Positions 54,151-64,000 of a stretch of DNA of 64,000 nt are shown piece after piece. The notes below the pieces were generated by a model, which was given only the letters and a program-made list of their open reading frames with translations, did not search any database and had not been told where the DNA came from. The position numbers and the translations under genes are program-made. The DNA comes from the human T2T-CHM13v2.0 reference genome, Homo sapiens. The number at the start of each line of letters is the position of its first letter. The stretch's first letter is position 1. The stretch lies in assembly GCF_009914755.1 (NCBI RefSeq), contig NC_060937.1. The stretch is one strand, 5' to 3'.

Positions 54151-56192
54151 AGTAGTAGAGCATTCATAAGGATGGATTGCAAAAAACAAGACAGCCATAG
54201 ACTTTTTATTGACAAATATAAAAAGTAGGTATAGGATGAGATAATACAGGGGAACATGGGCCTATATGGTTCATTGCTCCATCACCCAGATTTGGGGGAT
54301 CTGTAAGGCTCCCTCAGGTACAGGGATTAGGCAGAGGAGGAAGCAGAAGTGAATAAAGGCAACCCCTGGCCTCTAATCATGCTATGTGCCCCACTTGATG
54401 ATAGGACCTTTTTAAAGGAAGATTCAACTGGCCATGTTGTGCAGTTTCACCACCCAGCCCCCACCATGGACAACCTCTCTGCTCCTGGGGAAATAGGTGT
54501 ATCTTTCTCTACTGGCCTGGGATGGTTGGTCCAAGGCAATCATGAGATGGCTTATTCTCTCTGCCATAAAGGTAGAATCAGGATGATAAAAAAGAGAGGA
54601 AACATGAATCAAGTACTCTGTATAACTTAGTTTAAGATTGTTTCTTTCATGAAATGGTAGATATTGCAGGGACAGCCTGGGAGAAAAAGTCAGAAAAATA
54701 GTTCCCTTCTAACTCCTGCCCATATTATCAGCACACTCAGAATTGTAGAACAAAGAGTGTTGTGGTTACTGCTTCTGACCGTCTTTAGAGTCTAATACAT
54801 GGTCTCACACCAGCCAAGAACACCGGTTTATTCCAGAATTGGGGGCCACTGCCTCACTCTTGCCATCCATCTGGAAAAAGGTTTTTGGAGAATCTCTAAT
54901 CTAACTTCTGCATACTCAGAACAGAGTTCCGCTTCATCCAAGCACAGGCATGACTGTCCTAACCTCATGTCACCTCACATTGGCCATCGTGGCCAGGAAA
55001 GAACGCTGAGTTGATGTAATATTCAACACAAATCTTTCTTAGTGACATTTGCCATTATCTTCAAAGACTTAATTAACAATATTTGTCACTTGCCTATGCA
55101 AGCCCATCCAGGATTCTTGGAAGGTGGAGATAAATGACATCAGAGCTGTTCATAAGGACACTTATTGTGGCTAATGACTCTTCATTTCCTCCATCCCTCT
55201 CTGTTCCTGGCCCATTGTTTGCAACATTCAAGAAGAGATTGATGAGCTGTGCCTCCAAGGAGAACATCCTCTGAGACCCTGGATATTGACCAGTTTTGCT
55301 TATCCTTCGGAAAACTCTTGATTGTAAAAGTAAGGGCATGATTTCTAAGAAGAGTGTTTTTCTCCCAGTGTTTGAATCTAGATCTGTGAAAGATATTTCC
55401 TGTACTCATGTACAAGGTCTTCTTAGACAGCACAGTTGCTCATTGATTAGAAAGGATGCTTTGTTCAACCATTTGAGACATCCCTGGATTTGAGTCTTGG
55501 CTGTGGCTCTGGGCTCCTGAATTGGTTACTTCATTCCTATAGTCCCCACTTCTTCATCTATCGTGGGAGGCTGGCACCAACATACCTTCATGCATTTGGT
55601 GAGGATAAAATGGATCAAATTTGCAGAGCACCTAGCACAGCACCCAGTCCATAGTGATGTTCTACCAGTGGTCAATAAACATGAGAGTAGCTTTCTCTGC
55701 AGAACTATTTATATTAAATATATCAACATTATTTTATTCTAATCCATTTTGCTTAGTTTGTATACACTAGATTTTATATAGCAGATCTTTTTAAACCAAA
55801 AGAGACTAAAAAGACTTTTGGCTATTGGCCGTAGAGTTAACACTGATGTAATTTTAGCTTCTGCCAGGGTGACGCCGGGTCTTAATCAATTTTAATTTTG
55901 TGCAGCTAGAACTGTTGATTACTTTCCTAATGTGATGAATTACAGCATTACTATTAGTCATGATACACAGAAACAAGATATCAACCGTCCAAAAAAGGTG
56001 TGTGATTTTGTTATTAAACTCTTGAGTGTTCTTTTTCTAATTAATACAAAGGAAGTAACTACCTTGAGAGCCTTTTGCCCTATTTGCTTATAACCTAGTA
56101 ATGTACATAAGTGGCAATTCTCAATTAACCAGAATGTGGGCTTACCTAAAATGCCAAATTCTTTAATTATTTGGAATAGTGTCTTTGGTTGG

Positions 56193-56195
56193 ACA

Positions 56196-56234
<39 letters not shown>
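56193..56234 (+). repeat. (CA)n microsatellite, (UG)n in HTR2A pre-mRNA
   Basis: Direct reading; one TA interruption. Confidence 0.95.
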
Positions 56235-56238
<4 letters not shown>

Positions 56239-58103
56239 ACAGAATAGCCCAGTTTCTGAGAGGGGTGATGGAGTCATCTGCACTGAAATAGAGAATCCCT
56301 CTCTTAAATGCCCGGGATAAAAAGCCACTCTACAAGAGGATGTGGTAAGAGGTTACACGCAGAGCTGTTCTGTCTGGAAGGGGGATATTAATTTGGAAGT
56401 GGAGAATCAAGCTGATCAGTTATTTAAATGGCCTATTCATCTTTACATATAACAAAAACATCCTGAATACTATCGTATACCATTCTTTTTCCATGCCTCA
56501 CTCATAGTATCTGGTCAGCAAGGGTTGTAGAAAGAATAACCAGAAAGTTAAAGTAATACTCTATAAAGAGGAGAGGAAATTTTATGTCAAAAAACTTAGA
56601 ACACATAGATAGGCTTTGTGGGTACAATCAGCAGCTCAAAAGCATGTGCCTCTACCAAGAGAGATGAAGACATGGGCTGATATCCAATATCGTGGTCACA
56701 GCCATCTCTAGGGCATTAATTATCTGGCTGCTTTGTTTGACAATAGCTGCTTTTGGAGACCTGACATCTCCTCTCACTTGAAATTTCTGCATATAAAGCA
56801 TTTTCCTTTATGAACAAAACAGACAGTAACCTGAATTACATGACTCTGCATTTTGTTTAATATATTTTTTCTGAAGAGTGGAAAACAGCAGTCAAAATTC
56901 ACTATCAGTATTAGATCCTCTATGTAGCATTTTATTCATTTCCATTGAAACTCAGACAATAAAATGAATGGGAAACCTTGACACCTAAGAACACAAAAGC
57001 TTTGGTTGGTGTCTTTCTTTCAGCATGGCTCTGCTTACTTCCTGCACATAAACTTTGCACCTCTAGTTAACATCTTACCACAGGCTGCATCAATAATTCA
57101 CTTTGAACCGCTGGCTGTGAAGGACTGGCTTTATTCTTAATCTTGGACTTTTTCTGAGACAGTGTACATTTCTTGGGAAATAAGAAGATTGCCTTCCTAG
57201 ATAACCATTCTCTTGTAGGGAACAGGACAGTGGCAGTCCCTAGGGCCCTCAGCTGGAAAGGAGGTGGAGGGCAGAGAAGTTATTTCGGGGCTCTTGTGAA
57301 AAAGATTGAAATTTGGGTTCATAGGTTTCTGTTTCCCCAAACTGCTACCTTTTCTTTGAATTTTAATGCATGCTGTATTTTTCAAGTTATAAGAACAAAT
57401 TTACTAGTAGTTTGACAGAAGACACCACTGGTAAACACTGCAGGATAATCCTCATATTACAGGGAAAGAAGAATTGAATATATAGGGCAACTGCCAATGG
57501 GACTCACTATCCTGATACAGAGTGGCTAAATTCCTTCTAATCTATGTATGGTGTGTTGACAAGGCAGATGTACATAAAAATGAGAGCTACACAAACATGT
57601 CAGTTACCCAAAAGCTGTATGTTTCTTTTTCTCAGATTAATTCCAAATAGCTCTGATAATAAATTGCAACTTTTCAAGGTATTATCACACATATTTGTTT
57701 ATTCACTCTAAATTGATTTTTACAAAATTGTTAAAACATTACCCACACCTTCTTATGGGGCAGATGAAAATCTCACTTTACAGATATGAAAACTTGGGCC
57801 TACCAAGCTTAAGTAATTTAGTTAGAATCACACAGAAAGTTGGGGGCAAAATCAAGACCTCTACTCAGGGTTCTTAATTCTTATGGTGGATTTTTAAAAA
57901 CTGCTTATTTGTTCCTTTGAAGGTAGTTACAAAAGTCTATGACTACCTCTGAGGTTTTTAACATTGGCTTCAGGAAGTCTATGATAATCCTAAAATCTGA
58001 AAAATTTGTATATATGTATATTTCCTTGGAGATAGATCTTTCCTTAGATGGGCAGAAAAATTCTAGCCCCTAATATGACTAATAAGCACTAAATTACACC
58101 AAT

Positions 58104-58471
58104 TGATATGGTTTCATTCTGTGTCTCCACCCAAATCTCATCTTGAATTGTAATCCTCATAATCCCCACATGTCGGGACAGGGACCTGGTGGGAGGTGAT
58201 TGGATCATGGGGAGGTTTCTCCCATGCTGTTCTCGTGATAGTGAGAGTTCTCACGAGATCTGATGGTTTTATGTGTTTGACAGTTCCTCCTTCCCACGCT
58301 CTCTCTCACCTGCCACCATGTAAGATGCACCTGCTTCCCTTTCTGGCATGATCGTAAGTTTCCTGAGGCCTCCCCAGCCATGTGGAACTGTGAGTCAATT
58401 AAACCTCTTTCCTTTATAAATTACCCAGTCTTGGGCATTTCTTTATAGCAGTGTGAGAACAGACTAATACG
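58104..58471 (+). mobile_element. THE1D-like MaLR solo LTR, antisense to HTR2A
   Basis: TGATATGGTTT...CAGCCATGTGGAACTGTGAGTCAATTAAACC...CTAATAC; TSD ccaat / ccgat. Confidence 0.88.
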
Positions 58472-60086
58472 CCGATGTTGCATGTACAGCACAAACTCTC
58501 TCTCTCTCTCCACCACCCCCACCAGTGATTTTCTGTACCTTGATTTTGTTTTTGCATTCTTTCATCTCAAAGCCACAAGTTCCTCTAGCCAGACATTAAA
58601 TTCATTGAGGCCAGAAAAATAGTTCAAAAATAAAATCCTTATAATCAACATTTAGTTTCTTTCAAATACTAGGGAAGTTATTCTCAACTGTAGCTGCACA
58701 TTAGAATCACTGAGGGAGTTTTAAAAGTTACATTGCCTGAGCCTCATTCTCGGGGGTTCTGATGTTAGTACTTTAAAAAATATAAATGCCCAGGCACTAC
58801 ATAAACATGAAAACAACAACCACTCCAGGGATCTCTGTAAGCAGTTGTGCACTGCAGAAGCTGGTGGCCTAATTGCCCCCATCATAGATTCCTTATAAAG
58901 TGGTCTCTGTCTCCTCTGACCCTCCTTCCTTTTCTTTTCCATTTCATAGCCTAGAGGTTGTGCTTCAATATAAAGATCTTGCACTGAAAGGCGAAGAGAT
59001 TGAATTCTGGCTTGTAGATGGGGCTTGTCAGCCGTCACTGCAACACTTAAGAACCCATCCACATCTCTCTTGTCTCAGAGAAGATTGACTTTCATCTACC
59101 ATTTCAGCCCCCAGACAATATATTACAAAACCCAAAGAGAATCTGAACCATATAATATAATTTGAATAAATAACCAGAGCCTTGTTTTGTTGTTGGAATC
59201 ACAAGTAATAAGGCAACTTCTGCTGATCACTATGTTAGTTAGCTTAATTTCATCATTCTACATTGTAGGCATCGACCAAAATATCACATTTGTACGTCAT
59301 CAATGATACAATTATGATTCACAAATGAAAAATAATATTAATAATAAAAATAAAACTCTTCAATGCCACAGAAAGTTGGGGGCAAAATCAAGACCTGCCT
59401 CCTTCTTTTTTAATGAGTGGATATTACACTATCTACCCCTAGCAGGTGCTCTTTTCTAGGCTGCATATTTAGCAACGTGCTCATGAGTAAAGATTTATTT
59501 AGAAAAAAAACTCATCTCTGTCCTACATTATTGGGCCCCATCTTGAAAGTATTGTATCCTTTCTCCCATTTCTATCAAGGGGGCAGATTTTGGAGTGATT
59601 CTCTCTGAAAGCTTGGAGAATGAGTCTTACATGTGACATGTCTCATTTCAGAGACTCTGGTCTAGAAGGTGTGGGGAGAAACAGCCATGGTGTCTGGAAA
59701 GCTAGATTGCGGCAGGTGCGCACATAATCTAGACCCACAACAGTCAGTTCTCTTTCCTCCAGCCTCGCTTGTATGCAGCATCCTAAAGCACCTTTTCCAT
59801 CATATTACACAAGAGCCTATAGTGTCCCTAACACTCGAGCAATTACCAGCTACTCAGCCCACCCTACAGGGTCTTTGTAATCTGATTTTAACATAATTAT
59901 TCAACTTTCTCAATAGTCATATGGTGTTCTCTCTCTGTTGCTCTCTTCTTTATGTTATGTCTTGAACTATTCAGGAGGATATTACCCATAGCAAGATTTT
60001 TCAACCAGTCACAGAGTGTGATTTAAGGAGCCCCCAAGTCCTGCCTCCTCTCATATATGTCTTCTCTCAGTAGCTTGCTTGGTATA

Positions 60087-60626
60087 CAGTAGTCCTCCCT
60101 TAAGCTTGCTTTCCCTTTCCATAGCTTCGGTTACCCAGTCAACCACAGTCCGAAAATATTAAATGGAAAATGCCAGAAATAAACAATTCGTAAGTTTTAC
60201 ATTGTTAACTGTTCTGAGTAGTGTGATAAAATCTTGTGTTGTCCTACTCCACCCCACCTGGGATGTAAGCCATCCCTTGGTACAGTGGATCCATGCTGCA
60301 GATGCTCTGTGCCCATAAGTCACTTAGTAGCCATTTCAGCAGATCAACTATTGTGGGATCACAATGCTTGTGTTCAAGAAACCCTTATTTTACCCAAGAA
60401 TGGCCCCAAAGTGCAAGAGTAGTGAGGTTGGCATATTGTTATAATTGTTCTATTTTATTATTAATGATTGTTAGTCTCTTACTGTGTCTAATCTATAAAA
60501 TAACTTTATCACAGGTATGTGCACATAGAAAAAACATAGTATATATAGGGTTCAGTACAATCCACAGTGTCTGGCATCCACTAGGGGTCTTGGAATGTGA
60601 GCCCCAAGGGTAAGGGGAAACTATTG
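60087..60626. mobile_element. MER44-family (Tigger7-derived) element
   Basis: TA|CAGTAGTCCTCCCTTA ... TAAGGGGAAACTATTG|TA terminal inverted repeats with TA TSD. Confidence 0.85.
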
Positions 60627-61189
60627 TACTGCAGTGTCTCTCTGTTAGAGTGAGAGGTCCATTCTGTGTACCTATAATACCCTGGAGGGTTGACTATTAA
60701 CCTAAGTTCATGGTGCAGCAGCACAAAGACGCATAGTAGGGAGGACTCCTGAGGGCATAGGCCTTGGAAAGGAAGGTTGCCCTAGGAGGGAAGACATACA
60801 AGATTGCTCAGGGATGCAGGTCTGAGGGAGGTATGGTGGCTGTGCCATGCTGGGCTGTTCGTTAAAGCCCAGAGCACCATGGGGAAGGGGCAATCTAAAC
60901 GGCTACTGGGAGGTACAGAGACTTACTTTTCATTTTTGCCCTGGACCAATTTTGATGACTTTCCTTTCCCTGAAATGCTACACCAATGAGTAGGGGCTCC
61001 AGGATTTCTATGTAGCAGGGGCTTAGGAGTGGCGGCTGGAGGGCATGGGGGAATGAGGCAACCTGTCTTGAGGCTACATTTGCATACAAAACACATTATT
61101 GTACTTTAACTGTACAATTATTTGGGAGTGCTTTGGGAATCTGCAGATGGAGATCATGTTTCCAAACCACACCCTACAATTTTTTTCAA

Positions 61190-61490
61190 AACGTATCTCA
61201 AGGCACATCCGCTATATGAAACCTTCCCCAAATTAATTCTCTCTATAATAAGAACTATTTTTCTTACTCAATATTCCTTCAACACCTCCATAAATAAATT
61301 ATACTGTGCTAGTTCACACTTTCAATATCTTAGAATTTTTCTCTAGACATGTCATTATATTCATGAGATGACAATCTCATTAATAGCAGGGATATCTTTT
61401 TCTTTGTGTATTGTAAGACATCCCAGCATCGAATGTGCTTCTGCTTATACTTAGAGCTTAGTAAATGCTTGTGGGATTGATGGGTAAACA
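61190..61490 (+). mobile_element. L2 3' fragment
   Basis: GAAACCTTCCC...AGCAGGGATATC...AGTAAATGCTTGT. Confidence 0.6.
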
Positions 61491-63062
61491 AATGAGAGAG
61501 AGGAAAATAAAAGAGAGAGTTGGGAATTATAATACACTTTATAGACACAGCTTGAAGTTACTGAATAATTTCGTAATGCTTCCCTTCATTTTTGTTGGGA
61601 AAACACAGTAATGAGGCTGCCAATTAGCCACATAGGGTGGAAAAAAGAAAATGGACATTTGTATGATACAAAATTTGTATACTACATAATTCGTACACTC
61701 TTTTAAGGGAGGCACATATAGGATTAACCAGCACATGAGCTGACCACCTTAACAGCTAAAATCACAAGGGAAAAGATCGCTGTAGAACATGGTGCCTAGT
61801 GAGAATCAGGAGACTTGCGTTTATTCCTGTCTGTTCTGACTCATATCCTGGATCTAGGCCCGTTATTTTTCACAAAGTGTCTTTCAGGTAAATTAAACAA
61901 GTATGTATCAGCAAACTGGAGCATGAATATAGTGGGAAAATCACAGAATTTGGAATCACAAGACACAGGTTTGCCTCCAGACTCTGTTAATCACTAGCTG
62001 GGTGACCTTAGGCTGCTTAACTTTCAAGCTTCCATCTGTAAGGTGGAGATAATATAAAGAGGCCTCCTCTAATTTTCATGCAAGGCTTTGGTGAAAAAGC
62101 AGTGAGATGATGAGTCTGAATCATTTTGTAAAGTTTTAAGATTTATTTAGATGAGAGTGATTATAATTTACTTAGCACTATGTGAGACTCTGGGTAAAGC
62201 AAAAGACCTTTGAGACATTTCATGATGTCTAAGATCTTTTTTTTTTAAGCTTTTTATTATGGAAAATTTTAAACACACGAAACTACAGAAAATAGTACTG
62301 TGAACCCTATGTACACATCACCCAAGTTCAATATAATCATGATGTCTAAGATCTTATAGGGAAAACAAAATATACACAATTGATTTAGGAAGGCAGCAGT
62401 GCAGGACAGAATGAGATCGAGAGGCAAAATAGATGACATAGATAAATTCCTATGTGATGTCACAGTGCGAGGCTCATTGTTGGTTGGCATCCCTGGGAAA
62501 GGCACAGGAGCTGAGCTGGGCCTGTGAATGAATAGAATCTGGACAGGGATGAGGCAAGGAGACAGGAGTGATCTCTCCACCCTGGGCCCAGGTGAGCCTG
62601 GACTTGCTGGGGCTGAGGCAGTCTGTTGTCTGGTATGCAACTGTGAACTCAGGAGCAAGTGCACACATTGCTTATCACTTACCAGAAGCATTGAGCAGGT
62701 CCTCTATCTATGATAGCAATCAGTTTTGTTCCTTCATCCATCAATCAAGTAGTAATTGAGCCTACACTGAGCTAGGTACTTGAGGAATTTGAGGGGAAGG
62801 TGGTTGAGTCTATAATCAGTTACTTTACAATCTAACACCTTCACTACCATTCATTAATTCATCACTCCAAAAAAAAAAAAAAAAAGAAAAAAAGACTAGG
62901 GAGGCAGAGGATACAGAGATATAAGCAGAAAACTAGGATCTTACAGGGAAATATATCTGCTTCTGCTTCAGTCTGTTGTGAAGTTACATAGCATGTATCC
63001 TCTGGAAAACTCTCTACCCTCTTAAAAGGGTGAATGGGAGAAAGGAAAATAATATCTTATCA

Positions 63063-63286
63063 TAGTCATGCACCCATAACAATGTTTCAGTCAACATCAG
63101 ACTGCGCACACAACAGTGGTCCCATAAGATTAGAATAAGATTATAACACTGTATTTTTACTATACCTTTTCTGATATGTTTAAATACACAACTACCATTG
63201 TTATAATTGTCTATGGGGTTCAGTACAGTAACACTCTGTACAGATTTGTAGCCTAGGAGCATTAGGCTGTCCCACACAGCCTAGGT
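63063..63286. mobile_element. Tigger3/MER7 partial copy, opposite orientation to the 18.5 kb copy
   Basis: AGTCATGCACCCATAAC...GTGGTCCCATAAGATTA...TTTGTAGCCTAGGAGC. Confidence 0.82.
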
Positions 63287-64000
63287 AGGGAACCTGCAGA
63301 ATATGTTTGGAAAGCCACTGATACAGGAGAAAAAAAGCCATTAGTTTGCAATGAGAAAACCCAAATTTGGATCCCCTCTGGTTTTAAGCAAGTCATTTAA
63401 TTGGAGTTTTTTTTCTCCCATAAAATGGGGATTAACAGTGTACCCTTCAAGAGATGATCATGAGAAATATAAATGAGAATTGCTACCCTTATATAGTAAA
63501 TATAAAGTAAATACTATATAGTAAATATAGTATTGTCTAACAGCTGGCAATTATAGAGAAGAATGTTCTACAGCCATCCTTAATGCCCAGAGTTCTTCAT
63601 TAAAAATCTCTGCTGTAGCTGAAACCTCCAACCACTCTTGTTTGGTGCTAACAGAAATGAAAACCAGTTTAATATCATCTTTATATTTAGTTTAAAAATC
63701 TGTACATTGCTTGCCACTTTGCACATAGGTCTCTGTTAATATGGAACCAGTTCATCACCCAAGATAGGGGTCCTGCAGAGCAAGAATGTTTCCCAGAATG
63801 GCTGATAATGGTCTCCTCAGTGAAAATTGAATGACCTCTTGACTGTGGATGGTGACAATGAAGTCAAGTGCCAAGGGTGCTGAGTAATGGGTGTGCAATG
63901 TCATATTGCCTTAAAAGTACACATTGGGATTCACAGAACAAGGACAAAAGAGAGACTTCCACTGTGTCCTTTCTCTGTGGGAAGAAGGGTGGTCATATGA

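Noticed and set aside
62269-62691. 140-aa ORF sense to HTR2A
   Set aside because: Non-ATG start, runs into the L1 insertion, and shows no GPCR similarity.

Overview
This is human genomic DNA, recognisable as the ESD-HTR2A interval (chr13q14), AT-rich and dense in Alu, L1, L2, MIR, LTR and DNA-transposon remnants. Two genes lie in tandem on the minus strand. (1) The 5' half of ESD (esterase D / S-formylglutathione hydrolase): a CpG-island promoter at about 13.8-14.6 kb, two non-coding exons and four coding exons. The exon phases splice cleanly into [10 protein letters not shown]...SPRGCNI, and the gene runs off the left edge. (2) The 3' part of HTR2A (serotonin 5-HT2A receptor): 11 kb of the last intron, the terminal coding exon (52062-52864) and a 3' UTR of about 3.3 kb with several poly(A) signals. 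The roughly 34 kb between them is mostly repeats, including nested LTR insertions. Except for the HTR2A ORF, the supplied ORF track is essentially spurious. I see no new protein-coding system. The most interesting unexplained signals are a UG-repeat-flanked cryptic exon candidate and an orphan strong acceptor in the HTR2A intron, two tiny insertions with perfect 17-bp and 19-bp target-site duplications, a perfect 30-bp ectopic copy, an antisense exon-like unit in the ESD CpG island, and the poly(A)/CTCF/inverted-Alu architecture at the HTR2A 3' end. Repeat subfamily names come from memory of consensus sequences, and repeat boundaries are approximate unless a TSD or terminal repeat is quoted.
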